64,000 nt of DNA from Gracilinanus agilis. Taxonomy: Eukaryota. Made by a program: the position numbers and the translations under genes. Of the stretch, positions 11,991 to 24,545 are shown one piece after another (position 1 is the first letter of the stretch; every line of letters begins with the position of its first letter). The notes below the pieces were generated by a model that was not told where the DNA came from, ran no database searches, and worked only from the letters and a program-made list of their open reading frames with translations. The stretch spans positions 514,812,065-514,876,064 of the forward strand of contig NC_058133.1 in NCBI RefSeq assembly GCF_016433145.1. Reading direction: 5' to 3'.

Positions 11991-13383
11991 CTTTGCTGAA
12001 GTTATTAATTATTTCCACTAGACTTTTAGTTGAGTATAAATGCCATACAAATTTAAAGAGGTCAAGTTGTATGTGATGTAGTTCCACATATTAAAATTAA
12101 ATAACATCTTTATGAAACTACAAAGATATGGAAAATCAGTCTCAATAATGGCTATGTGAAAGATGATATTTGTAAAACAATAAGAGAATATTTAAGTGGC
12201 AGGTCTACTAGTTTCGTCTGCATCACTCTTCTCTATACAATAGGAGAGAAAATTGTTGATGTTTGTACTATAAGTTTGAATATTTTTTCTATAACTTAGA
12301 AATCATCCTCTGGGCATGTATAATTCATCATCTTGCCTCCCCAACCATTCTAGACTTAACCACCATTTGTGTTAATACCTACCATCAACATTGATGTAGT
12401 TGCCTAGGCCATGCATTTTGGAATCATCTTTGATTCATCTTTCTCCCTGTCCTTGAGAATCCAAACAATGGTTGTTTGTGTGTATCATGATACAATTCAG
12501 CAAACATTTAAAAAATATCAGGTTCTAGGTAAGCAGATGACATAGAGATTAGGGTGTTGGAACCAGCTAAATCTGAATTCAATTTTTGCCTCAGGACCTA
12601 TAAGCTCTGTACACCTAGTTGAGTCATGACATTTCTCTAGGCCTCAGTTTCTTCATCCATAAAATGAATTGGATGATCTCAGTGATATATAAGATCTCTC
12701 CCCAAAGAATGGATTTACTTTATATTATTCCTAGCCAATGTTGATTCAACTTAAAAGATCTCCAATGATAGATTGGACCACTTTGAGGTTCAGAGAGCTA
12801 GACATTTAAAGAAGACCTTTCTTAAACTGGTATCTCTTTCTTGGATCTTCTGTCTATTCCTCCTCCTTCTGTTCTCTAGAGACAAGCAGAAATGAAGAAA
12901 CGTATGCAGAAAGTGGACCTCAGAGTTCTATTTGACTTCAATTCAGTCAGAAAGAGATGGGTCCAGTTCCTACTTTTGACACATATTAGCTGTATGCCCC
13001 TGGACAAATCCCTTAACTTCTGAGTACCCCCAGCAAATGTTCAAAACTTCAAGTTGTAGAAACGTTCATCTGAACTGGTAGGAGATTTCCTCCCTAGGAG
13101 CTCTCAACACTGTTAAGTCATAAAACTAGATCAAAACAAACAAAAATAATGAAAAAATCTCTTCTCACTTGTATTTCTCATTCTGTTCTCTGGAATAAAG
13201 CAGATTGGATCCATTCCTTTCACCCAAAGCATTAGAAGATGAACCTTAGGTCAAATTTTCAACTCTAGTTAATAGTATAAAGAATCTACTTATAACTGTT
13301 GAGGATAAGGTATGAGGTTATTTGCCTTTTTCATAGAAGGAAAAATTTTGTTTGGGCTTAGGCCATAGAACAGTAGCATATTT

Positions 13384-13386
<3 letters not shown>

Positions 13387-13413
<27 letters not shown>
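13387..13413. repeat. (TA)n microsatellite
   Basis: Direct reading. Confidence 0.93.
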
Positions 13414-13417
<4 letters not shown>

Positions 13418-13479
13418 GGTCATCAGTTTGGAGGCAGGGAGGTTTAAGCTGATCACTCAAGAAGGCTGCCACATTGGTG

Positions 13480-14280
13480 TATGGCATTGAACTAGGTGCT
13501 AAGGATAGAGACAGAAACAAAATCACAGTCTGTGGCCACAAGGAGATTCCATTCTACTAGGTTTTGTGATACATACTCAAGCAAATTTAATTCAAGGGCA
13601 GCAACAAAATATTCTAGGAATATTGAGGAGAGACATAACACTAACAGCTTTGGGGTGGGGATATCTGGGCAGACAACAGGGAAGAATTTTAACAAGTGGT
13701 ATCTAAGATGAACCTTAAAGGAATCAAAAGGCTAAAATTCAGATAGATTTCATTCCAGGCATGAGAGAGGGATTATAGAAGATGGAAGGTTAGACTAAAG
13801 CACTGCCTAAACCAAGATGCTGTGAAAGGTAGCAGTGTAAAGTTTGCCCCAAATAGTAAGACAAAGACAGCTAGGGCATCTGTTGAGTATTAGGCTATGG
13901 GCTTGATATGCTATTGTTACCAGTAGGGAGCCACCAAGAGTTTTGAAGATAAGGAGCTGTTGTTTCACACATATACAGGTGGAAATTTGGAGTTCCTGAA
14001 GATTTTAAAGAACAAGAGTGACATAATCAGGACAGACCAGAGTAGATCTCAGAATTGTTGCCTTGGTCACTGCATTAAAAGAAGGATTGGAGAGGGAAGG
14101 AGGTTGAAAATAAGAGGATGAATTAGGAAGCTATTACTATATCTCAAGGGAATATTAAAAAGGACCTGAACTAGACTTTTGGCATTAAGAAAGGAGAAAA
14201 ATGGGAAGATGGGAAGAAAGTCATAGAGGCAGAATAAACAGGACTCTGATTCTTCAAGTTCCCTGCTCTCTCCACTGCAC
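13480..14280 (+). mobile_element. L2 LINE remnant
   Basis: ctaggtgctaaggatagagacag..., agtagggagccacc...gagttttgaag and similar decayed L2-like blocks. Confidence 0.55.
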
Positions 14281-14894
14281 TTCCACTGCTACAGTTCTTG
14301 ATCACATCTCTCTCTTGCCTTTAGCATCATAGTTACCCCTATAGTTGTTGGTTCCCCACCCTCTCGTCTTTCCTTCTTCCTTCTCTCCCACACAACTATG
14401 CTACTCAAGGCATCTTCCTCATCTATACCCTTTATGGTACTACTTGGGTCAAAAACCTTCACTGACTCAACTGCCTAGAGACTGAATTTGAACCTTTGAA
14501 TCTGACATTCAATACTCCCAATATCCTGGCTTCAATCTTCTTTTCCAATCTTATATATTACTTTTCTCCTACACAACCCATCCCCAACTACAGCTAAATG
14601 GAGCTTCTCCAGAATGCATAAATACATGCTTTGAGTCTCCTTATTAGAGCTTTTACCCACACAGTTATTCCAGCATTGATTATATGGCTAGTTTTTGTCT
14701 TGTCAAAATTCCATCAGTCGTTCAAGGAGTAGGTCAAATGCCATTCCCCCAATCACATTCAAATGCTTGATGAGTTCCCACTATGAGCTGAACACTCTGC
14801 TTTTTCTGATCTCTCTAGAGATCATTTCCTTCCTCTTCCTTTCTTCCCTATCTGCTCTCACTATTATTACTAATTGTAATGTCTAGCATTTATA

Positions 14895-15370
14895 TATGGT
14901 CAGTCAAGTGGCTCAGTGGATAGAATGCCATGCTTGGAATCAGAAAGACTCATCTTCCTGAGTTTCAAACTTTCCTCAGACACTAACTGTGCCTCTAGGC
15001 AAGTCACTTAACCATGTTTGCCTCAATTTCCTCAACTATAAAATAAACTGAAGGGGAAAATGGCAAATTAATCCAGTATCTTAGCCATGACAATCCCAGA
15101 TGGGGTCACGAAAAGTCAGACATGAGCAAACACCAATAACAAGCATTTATGTAGCATTTTACAGTTTGCAAAGGAATTTACATATTTTATCTAATTTGAT
15201 ATTCACAAAATCCAGTATATTAGGTGCTATTATCATTTTCCAGAAGAACAAACTGAGGCTAAGAAAGGGTAAGTGATTCATGATCACATAGTTAATAATT
15301 GATGGAGGCAAGATTTGAACTCAGGACATCCTGCTTCCATGCATAGCACTCTCTCCACTCTGCCACCTAG
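14895..15370. mobile_element. CORE-SINE cluster (MAR1-like on + and MIR-like on -)
   Basis: ggctcagtggatagaatg...gcaagtcacttaacc...tttgcctcaatttcc; aaactgaggct...gatttgaactcagg. Confidence 0.8.
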
Positions 15371-15817
15371 ACACCTTATTTTCCATATATCAACCATGTG
15401 AGGGAGTATCATGAAGAAGCTGTAGCTAAGGCTCAGTGGTAATGAAGGAATTGAAGCTTCATTTCTCCCCTGGATTATTTTCTTCAATCCCCACATTGTA
15501 GATTGTGGCTAGAGTCAATGTGACAGGAATACAAACCAGGCAAATCATGGAAAGATCATCTTCTCCCTATTTGCATCTCCTGGTTCCAATGTCTTGAACC
15601 GAGTGGTCTCCACCCTTATTTGATGTGTGGCTCCTGGAATACTGGAACATGTAAATTCCATAAAAGATAGTCAGAGAGCCTCGAAAATGGACTGAACTTT
15701 CCGATTAACCACAGAACTGGGAAGAGATAGAAACAGCTATCTCACTACCACATACTCAAAGGAAAAAAGCCAGTACTTCATATTTATGATTGGTTCTCCT
15801 TAAACTACCTTGAAAAT

Positions 15818-16045
15818 GGGGCAGCTAGGTGTCTCAGTGGATAGAGAGCGAGGCCTGGACATGAGAAGTCCTGAGTTCAATCTGTCCTCATTCATTTCCT
15901 AGCTATGCGACCCTGAGCAAGTTACTTAACCCTAACTGCCTATCCCTTACTGCTATTCTGCCTTAATATACTTAGTATCCATTAGAAATTAAGAAACTTG
16001 GGTTATTAGTATCACTTCTAAGAAGGAAGGTAAGGTTATTAAAAA
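15818..16045 (+). mobile_element. Opossum-type tRNA-derived SINE
   Basis: ggggcagctaggtgtctcagtggatagagagc...gcaagttacttaacc...gaaggaaggtaagg followed by an A-rich tail. Confidence 0.85.
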
Positions 16046-16181
16046 CAACAACAACTTTGATGTGAAGATATTCTTATAAAACAACACTCCTTCCCCACCA
16101 CCCTTCCCGACTTCTCTTTGTCAACTCTTTCCATCATCCTTAGAATGTACTTGCATTTCATCATCATTGCTGGGTCTAAGT

Positions 16182-16365
16182 CAGTGGTTGCCAAACTTTT
16201 TTGGCCTCCCGCCCCCTTTAAAATGTTACTTAGCGCCCCCTGGAAATTATGAAACTATTGAACTCAGAATAGAATGTAATACAAAAAAAAGTGTGGCCAT
16301 CACCGCTCCCCTGGATCACCACAGCACCCACCAGGGGGCGGTAATGCCCACTTTGGGAATCATTG
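16182..16365 (+). mobile_element. hAT MITE (same termini as 11688, different core)
   Basis: cagtggttgccaaac ... tttgggaatcattg; flanks gtctaagt/gtctagag. Confidence 0.88.
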
Positions 16366-17379
16366 GTCTAGAGTAAGAAGACCTGAGTAAAAATTATGTC
16401 TCCAATATTTACTAGCTATGCAACCCTGGGAAAGTCTCTGTTTGCTTTCAGTTTCCTTATCTGTAAAAATGGGGACGATAATAGTATCTCTCAGAATGGC
16501 TGTGTGGATCAAATGAGTTAATAATTTTAAAGCATTAGCACAATGCCTGGTGCAAAACAGGTGTTATAGAAATTCTATCCATTGTTATTATTATTATCCA
16601 CAAGACTGAATTAGGCTCCATTCGCAGAGATCAATAGTACCCTCTGTTTCTTCTGATTAGAAAGTGCAGGAATGAACTCCTCCTCAAACCTCCATTTAGG
16701 GAGGGTATCTGGATCAAACATTATTCTCCTTTGGACTTTTCCATAATGGCATTATAACTTTTCTCCTCTCTATCTGCTCCATTCCCCTTTTCAACCTCCT
16801 TTTGTGTGTTATCTTCCATCATTAGATTGATCATAAGGTCTTGGAGGGTAAGGATTATCTTTCTTTTTTGTACTTATATCCCCAGGGTTTAGCATAGTAC
16901 TGGGCACATAGCAGGCAATTAATAAATACTCATTGAGTAACATTTTAAATTATTTTTTATTTCTCCTTTGTATTGAATTACATATTTATTCTCTTTAGCA
17001 ACTTACTTATGTGGTTAGTTCAAAATGTCTCTTCTCTTTATCTCTTTAAAAAGTTGGTTTTCTATTATTGCACCTTTTTCTAAGAAGGATTTTTTACTTT
17101 ACTCTCTTGCTTACTCTACTTTCCAGGGTATTTTGAATTTTCTGATTGTGGACTATGTCTTCATTTATTCTTTTCTATTCTTTTTGTGTCCCTCATTGGG
17201 TCAAAATTATCCAGTATCATCATCACTCCTCAAAACTTTTTGTTTCTGTGACTTTTTAGATTTTGCTTCATCTTCCCTTTTCTGCTTTGCTTCACTCTTA
17301 GAAATAGTTTCTGAGAGGGAAAAAGTTTTGAACAGAAACAGGCTAAAGGAATATGCTGTTTTATAACTCAGTGAAATTC

Positions 17380-18410
17380 CAAAGAGCTTTTTAAAATGGT
17401 TAGATCAGTTCAGTTCCACCAACAATGTATTAGAGCCCCCATCCTTTCTACATCCTCTCCAACATTTTGACCTTTTGTCATTTTAGTTAATCTGATAAGT
17501 ATGAAAGGACACCTTAGAATTGTTTTGGTTTGCATTTCCCTAATCAGTAGTGATTTAGAGCAGTGATGGGCAAACTTTTTAAAGAGGGGGGTCAAAGGAA
17601 AGGAAATGCTCATCTGTCAGTCTATTTTTAAGGCAACTCTTTCCAAGTTTTATTGTATTGTGTCCTACTCGTTGTATTCATCAGATCAGGAATAATGTCC
17701 TGCAGCCGGATAGAACACTTCAGGGGGCCGCATCTGGCCCACTGGCCGTAGTTTGTCCATCATTAATTTAGAGCATTTTGTCATGTATCTTGTTTTCTTC
17801 ACCAAAAAATTGTCTGGTCATATCACTTGTCCATTTATCAGTTGGGATATGGCTCTTATTCCCATAAATTTGATAAAGTTCTAGATATGAAACTTCTATC
17901 TAGGATATTATGAAAATTTCTCCCCTCATTTTCTAACTTTTCTTCTAACCTTGGCAACATTTGTTTTATTTGTACAAAGTGTTTCCAATTTATTGTAATC
18001 AAAATTATCCCATTTACTATCTCATAATTATCTCTATCTCTTGTTTAATCGTAAATATCTCTCCCATCTATAAATCTGACAGGTAATATGTTCCTTGTTC
18101 CTCTAATTTTGTTATTATAACTCCTTTTATGTCTTGATATTATATCAATTTAGATCTTATCTTAGTGAATGGTATAAGATACTGGTCTATACCTAGTTTC
18201 CTTCTAACTACTTTCCAATTATCATAACAATTTTTACCAAATAGTGATTTCTTATCTCCAAAGCCTTCCTGGATCTATACTTTTGTGAAATACAAGGTTA
18301 CTATAATCTTTTCATAATATTTTTTGAATGTCTATCCTGTCCCATTGGTCTGCCTTGCTATTTCTCAGCCAGTACCAGATAGTTTTGATAATTATTGCTT
18401 TCTAATAGTT
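17380..18410 (-). mobile_element. L1 ORF2 3' fragment
   Basis: Minus ORF reads LLIREMQTKTILRCPF...LIHCWWN. Confidence 0.85.
17561..17765 (+). mobile_element. hAT MITE (CAGTGATGGGCAAAC-type TIR)
   Basis: TIRs cagtgatgggcaaact / agtttgtccatcatta; perfect TSD atttagag (17553-17560 and 17766-17773). Confidence 0.92.
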
Positions 18411-18475
18411 TAAATCTGGTTATAGAAGATTGGCACACATATGTAGTTTCGATAGAGTTAAGAATGAATTAGACT

Positions 18476-18818
18476 GGGGGCAGCTGGGTAGCTCAGTGGA
18501 TTGAGAGTCAGGCCTAGAGACGGGAAGTCCTAAGTTCAAATCTGGCTTCAGACACTTCCCAGCTGGGTGACCCTGGGCAAGTCATTTGACCCCCGTTGCC
18601 CACCCTTACCACTCTTCCACCAAGGAGTCAATACACAGAAGTTAAGGGTTTAAAAAAAAATACCTAGAGACAGGAGGTCCTGGGTTCAAATCCAGCCTCA
18701 GATACTTCCCAGCTGGGTGACCCTGGGCAATCACTTGACCCCCATTGCCCACCCTTACCACTCTTCCACCTAGGAACCAATACACAGAAGTTAAGGGTTT
18801 AAAAAAAATTAAAAAAAA
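18476..18818 (+). mobile_element. Dimer of young SINE1_Mdo-like elements (full copy plus 5'-truncated copy)
   Basis: ggggcagctgggtagctcagtggattgagag...; one outer TSD aagaatgaattagact (18460-18475 and 18819-18834). Confidence 0.92.
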
Positions 18819-19416
18819 AAGAATGAATTAGACTAAGAATTTTGGAAAGCAGATTCAATTTGCACAAATAAAGTGATTAAATATTCATATTCTTTGACCC
18901 ATTTTTCTACATTTAACTCAAAGAAGTCAACAATAAAAAAGAAAGGTCTCATATACACTGAATTATTTATTATAGCAATTATAATAGTAACAAAGAAATG
19001 GAAACAAAGTCATCCACCAATCAAGAAGAGTGGCTAATCAAATTGTGGCAACTGAACATAGTAGAATATTATTGTCCTACACAACATAATAATGATAATG
19101 GATACAGGGAAACCTGGGGAGATATCTATGAACTGATGCACAGTGCAATAAACAATAACCAAGCAAAGTATCTACATAATAACTATGACAGTAGATATGG
19201 GGGAAATTATTAAAACTAAGCAACAAAAATTATAATTAGATGGCTCTCTAGGAAGAAGAGAAAGTAGAGAGAGATATTTGGGGAAATGCAAATGACATAA
19301 AAACAAAAATATAAATAAAATTTCGGTATTTTTAAGTCTAAACTAATCTCTTTCCAGCTTCTATCAACTGCTTCTGATTTTATCTCGTAGAGACAACTAG
19401 AATAATTCCAAACCAT

Positions 19417-19994
19417 TGTTAACATGGAAAAAAACAGAACGACCTAAGTAGTCAGAAAAACCAAATCTTTAGTCGGGAAAGGGATAAGTTCAATATTCTG
19501 CCACGTTCAGAGCCCAGCGCCAGAAATCTTTTACAGGGACTATACACTGGGACTCTGGAGACAGTATCCCTGGGAGAAATCACAAGAGATGATAGCTCCA
19601 AAGAGTGACAGAACTTGGAGGTCTTTTATACCCTTTGGAGAACTAGGTACAGCAAGCATACACAGAGAAGCTACAAGCAGGCTGTGAAGAGATCGGCAGC
19701 CAGTCTCAGGGGTATTAGGGAGAGGTCAAGTATAACAGTAACAAAGGAAAGGGTCAAACTAAGAGCTGGGCTTCCTGAGAGAGGACTTTAATACAATGGG
19801 AGAATCCTCTAAAACAAATAAAGGCCCTCAACATTTTGACTACTTTTACTAATCCCACCAAAACTAGGGTCCCCAAACAGTTTAAGGTCTACAGTTCAGC
19901 TCAAAACAGGTGTGCCTGGTACTGGGGTTTCTCAAAGGGCAAGGGTCATCTTGGGGTATCCAGATTTCAAGTTGACACCATCTTCCACATGACA
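19417..19994 (-). mobile_element. Probable solo LTR
   Basis: TG...CA termini, minus-strand TATAAAAG at ~19625, higher GC than flanks; TSD only degenerate (aaccat/atcctt). Confidence 0.65.
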
Positions 19995-20639
19995 ATCCTT
20001 CAAATTTCTTAAAGAAAGTTATAATGTCCCATCCTTAGTCTTTGCCTCTCCAGACTAAATGCCTATGACATTTCCTTTAATGGGTCTTCATAGATTATAA
20101 ACCTGAGTCCCTTCATCATCTTGGTTGTCCTCCTTTGGCCACTCTCTAGCTTACTGATATTCTTCTTAAAAAATGCTCAGAACTGAACATACTCTTCCAA
20201 ATGTGGTCTTATCAAAATCAGGTATGCAGGGGCTAACCCTTCCTGATTCTTTTTGAGATATTCCATTAGTTAAAAATCCTTTCTTAAAAATCAAGGAATC
20301 CAGGTGGAGAACTATTGTTTATTTAAGAAGTAATTGCAGTTGGAAAGATGGCATCTTGGCGTGATGGGATGATGGCAGATGGATTGAGCTGTTCAGGAGG
20401 ATTATAGATCTATTTGTAGTAGAGTTTAAACATCTATTATATAAAGGAATGTGCCTTGTCTCCTCAGTCTTCTGGAACCTTGAAATCAGAGAATGGGAGG
20501 ACCTCATCTGATGCAAATTCAATACATAGAAATTCAGGTATAGGAGACTAGCAGACAAAAAATAAAGTCAGAAAAATATGTAAAATAAAAAAAAAATCAC
20601 ACACTAAATTCATGCCATTTCCCCAAAGGAGTAAAGTCT

Positions 20640-22095
20640 CACAGCAGTTTGTCTAATCATACTCATTCTCACTCTGAAAAGCACTAGTGATATAACTAGT
20701 GTTATATTATTTTGCACCAAGCATTAACTCTTACATCAGTCTTTGTCAGGCATTCTCACTTGTAACAAGTCTTGTCCACCTGAGAACAGAGCTTCTTTTT
20801 GTTTCATTAATGCTATTTAATTATTAATAATGGTTCCAAAGTAGAAGAGGAGTGATGCTATGAGCTTTGATATATCTAAGAAAAGTCATAAAACGTCTAA
20901 GTATGTTCATAGAAGAAATAGTTATTAAGTAATGAGGTTTACTCTTATGTGCAATTTTCAACTTAGGTGATGGGTCCTGGAACATATTGGTCATTAAAAC
21001 AAAGTTCTATTGCATAGGGCTTTGCAGGGATAACCTCACACCTACTATGGTGTCCACATCATCACTGAAGGGTTTTTTTTTCCTAGAGTCTTGATGTTTG
21101 ATGAGTTTTCCCAGTCTTTCCAAAAGGATTTGGGTGACAATTACTGCCATGTGTGCCTTCTTCCCAATAGTAGAAGTTTTCATTTTATAATGTGGTCTAC
21201 CATTACCCACTCAGGGAAACTGATTTTTCTTTGCTCTTTCCTCAATAAGAATAAGCATGTCATCTAAGAAACAGAGTTTATCTGGGCTGACACTTGACAC
21301 TGACATGAGTTTCCTCTTCAGCAAAATAGCTTGCCCAGAACCCTCAGCTAGGGGCAAAAACTCTACATTGCAAATGCTTGCTTTTGGATCAGAGGACCAG
21401 AGTCAGGTGGGCCGATGAAGAAATCTGACACCAAGTGTCTGGGAACAGAGAATAGATAATAAATAGAATAAAATAAGCACATTCTATTTGGAGTCATAGG
21501 GCTTGGGTTCAAGTCTTGTTCCTGCTAGTAACTATGTATATAATTCTGGACAAGTTACCCAACTTGTCTGGTTTCCCTGTTTCTTTTCTGTAAAATGAGA
21601 GTTAGGGACTAAATATCCATTCTAGTTCCACATCTACAATCTTGTGACTTCTCTTGGTCCTGAGTTCCCTCATTTATAAAATGAGGGGATTGAACTAGAT
21701 AGAATCAGAGGTTGCATCACTCATCTTTCGATCCTATGATTTGTGGGATCTCTTTTGGTGTTAGATCTGATACGGAGGTTCTCTGGATCTCATTTTCCTC
21801 AACTGTAAAATGAGGGGGTTGGCCTAAATGACCTCTGAGACCGCTTACTACTCTATTCCTACGATGTTATGTCCCAAAGGCCATCCCTATTCCATAGTTC
21901 TGATTTTGTAACAACAAGCACATCAAATCTTGTCCAGAGAGTCACAGGGTTGCTTGAGGAGCCCAGAATCAACTCACTATTAGACAATTCCTGCCATTCA
22001 GTGATGTCAGTGATGTACCCCCTGGCCAGAATGGAGAAACTAAGAAAGAAAAACAAATCTTCCATGTTTACTTATTGGTCCTTAGAAGGTTCCAT
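20640..22095 (-). pseudogene. TAS2R: Heavily decayed TAS2R pseudogene interrupted by MIR-type SINEs
   Basis: Roughly colinear relics: SILARGYI...EWQELSNSELIL (TM1-ICL1-TM2), CNVEFLPLA...ILLKRKL (TM3-ICL2), LSLQSPMQ*...QDPS (TM5-ICL3), LFYFGTII (TM6), SLVL...IRQT (TM7-H8). Confidence 0.55.
21480..21855. mobile_element. Cluster of MIR/CORE-SINE fragments
   Basis: Repeated cores ctcatttataaaatgagggg and ctgtaaaatgagggggttggcc. Confidence 0.8.
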
Positions 22096-22115
22096 GGTTC
22101 TCTAAACTGCTCAAC

Positions 22116-23054
22116 CTAAGATTTTCCTCCTCTGAGGCAGAGCAGGACTTGCCTCCACATCCATAGGGATGACTGCCTTAGTTTGTTATTTCCCAGAATC
22201 AGGATGAAAGGATGGACTGAGGGATAAACACCTGCTATGACAACTCCCAGCATTTCTACCATCCTTTTTTCCAGCTTAGAAGAGGATGAGATAGTTATGA
22301 AAACACCCACATAGTAGAAAATGATGAGAAAGAAGAAGGAGAGCATCCATATCATAACTCTTCTATGTGCCTCTGTGCTGGGATCCCTGCAGCCAGTGGC
22401 ATTGAGACGCATCTTCTGGGTGTGTCTCCAGAGGGACAAGACCAGCAGGAAACTGGAGATCATAGATATAATCAAGAGGATGAGAGGCCCAAGATAGAAT
22501 AGAATATGCATAACTGTTAAGTGAGTCTTCCTCATCTGGAAAAACCCAGTGTTGTTTTTTTCCTCTTTTCTTTCTATGGTCTTAATGAATTTATTTGTGA
22601 ATTCCTTTCTCAGGAGAAGACTTATAAACAAGAACATTAGTGAGGATCCCAGCAAGATCATGAGAACCACCCTGTTCATTCTCCACTTGAGCCAGAGGAA
22701 GAGAGGGTGGGAGAAGTGGGCAATCTTCAGGAAGTAGAAGACGCTGAGGCAGGTGACAAAGGAGATATTGGAGTAGCTGGCTATCATCCACAGATGACTG
22801 AGGATTAGAAAGGTTTCACTGGTTTCATATATGTGCCTGTAAAGTAACCCCAGCATCCTATCGACTAACATAAGCAACAGCAGACAGATTCGAGAGAAGG
22901 CCAGACTCAAGAAGATGAAATTCACCAACGATATCTTCCTACTTTTCACCCAATCTATGCAGTTCACAAGGCCAATGAACACATTGATCAAAATCCCCAT
23001 TATAGCTTCCCCAGCTAGCATGATCAGACATATATTCTCTGGTACACTTAGCAT
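22116..23054 (-). CDS. TAS2R: Bitter taste receptor type 2, intact, 312 aa
   Basis: NCIDWVKSRKIS, LAFSRICLL, FYFLKIAHFSHPLFLWLKWRM, SLWRHTQKMRLNATGCRDPSTEAH, YPSVHPFILILGNNKLRQ; sequon NNT. Confidence 0.97.
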   Translation of the reverse strand: MLSVPENICLIMLAGEAIMGILINVFIGLVNCIDWVKSRKISLVNFIFLSLAFSRICLLLLMLVDRMLGLLYRHIYETSETFLILSHLWMIASYSNISFVTCLSVFYFLKIAHFSHPLFLWLKWRMNRVVLMILLGSSLMFLFISLLLRKEFTNKFIKTIERKEEKNNTGFFQMRKTHLTVMHILFYLGPLILLIISMISSFLLVLSLWRHTQKMRLNATGCRDPSTEAHRRVMIWMLSFFFLIIFYYVGVFITISSSSKLEKRMVEMLGVVIAGVYPSVHPFILILGNNKLRQSSLWMWRQVLLCLRGGKS

Positions 23055-23059
23055 CCTTG

Positions 23060-23260
23060 CTGGATATAGTAGCTAAACCACAGACTGTAGAGTTGGACAG
23101 CTTGTATTTAAATCCCCCCTCTGATACTTAGTTAGGAACTCTGAGGTCTTGGCCAAGTCATTTCCTTTTCTGAGTTTCAGTTTTTTCATTTGTAAAATGG
23201 GAGTCTTGGCTTGTAATGTCTCTGGGGTTCCTTCAAACTCCAGATCAATAATGAATATAG
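23060..23260 (+). mobile_element. MIR-type SINE abutting the TAS2R start codon in antisense
   Basis: tatagtagctaaaccacagactgtagagttgg...tttaaatccc...ggccaagtcatttcc...cagttttttcatttgtaaaatggg follows the MIR head and core. Confidence 0.75.
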
Positions 23261-23959
23261 TCCCATTTGAAAATAGCCCATATGGATTAGTATTTAGTAT
23301 TCATCTTGGATCCTAACTGGTCCCCCATCTCAGGACCAAATATTCTTGTCCCTGATGGGAATGAAGCTATTACATGCCACTCACCCTATTTTCTTCTAAG
23401 CTTTCTGACTTCTAGTTTTCAGTTTGGACACACTCAACTTCACTCTGCAGGTATTGCTAAAGGGGACAAGTTCCCAGCTGTGATGGTACTCCTATTTGCT
23501 GAAATGCAAATTGTGTAGATTATCTTTCAGAGCTTGGCATTTTTTTTCCCTCAACTTAACTTGTCCCTGTTCTAGCGTGGTGGATCTTTTGGAGATGGAC
23601 AACCCCTCTAGGGGGTTGAGTTTCCCCATCTACAAAATCTCCAATGTGCCACTTCATGGGGTGGGTAAAGACAGACCAGCACTTTCATTTAGGCATATCA
23701 CTGACAAATAAATAAATTCTGGTTGCTAATGCTGTTCTATCATATAGCATTTACGTTTCTTTTGTAAATTTGTGTCATTTGCAAGAAGGCACAACTTCTA
23801 CATCAGAGACAAAACTATGCAACAAAGGAGCCAAAGAGAAAGTCTCATGCCAAGGATTAGAGACTTCTCTCCCTAGTGACAATAAGTTATTAATCAAAAT
23901 TCATTGGGTTGAATTGTTTCACGAACTATGAATTTAGCAAACTCCCTGCCCATGTCTTT

Positions 23960-24545
23960 CCCTAATCTCATTCTGTCTTCCACTTAGCCTAAAATGCAGA
24001 TGACAATGGCTCTCGGGCAATCAATAAACTCTAGTGGCTTCCTAATATTCCTATTCCTATCCAAGACGAGATCTAAAGTTATCTGGCCTTTAAAGCCCTT
24101 AATTACTTGGCTCTTTCCTATCTTTCCAATCTTCATACATTTAATTCCTCTTCTCTTTCCCTACAATCTGGCAACAGAGTTTCCTTGTGCCTTGAACAAG
24201 ATCCTGTGCTTTTTCACTGTCTCTCATTCCTGGAATGTACTCTCTCCTCTCCTCTGCCTACTGCTTTCTCTAGCTACTGTCAAGACTCAAATCAAACCCC
24301 ACTTCCTGCAAGAGTCAGTTTCTGGCTCCCCTTTGCTCTCCCCATGCTCCTCATCCCTTCCCACACATTTTAAGTGCCTTCCCTCTGAGACTATCTCCAT
24401 TATTTCCTATATTAATCTCATTGTACATAGCAGATTGCATGTTGTTTTGTAAGCCCCTTGAGGGCAGACACTATTTTTGTATTTCCAGTGCTTATCACAG
24501 TGTATGGCAAATACTAGGTATTTAATAAATTCTTATTGATCATTA
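23960..24545 (-). mobile_element. L2 3' remnant
   Basis: gtaagccccttgagggcagacact...cagtgcttatcacagtg...aataaattcttattga, a typical L2 3' end. Confidence 0.75.

Noticed and set aside
13496-13711. 71-aa plus-strand ORF with non-hydrophobic composition
   Set aside because: It lies within an L2 remnant, has a GTG start, and shows no domain resemblance.
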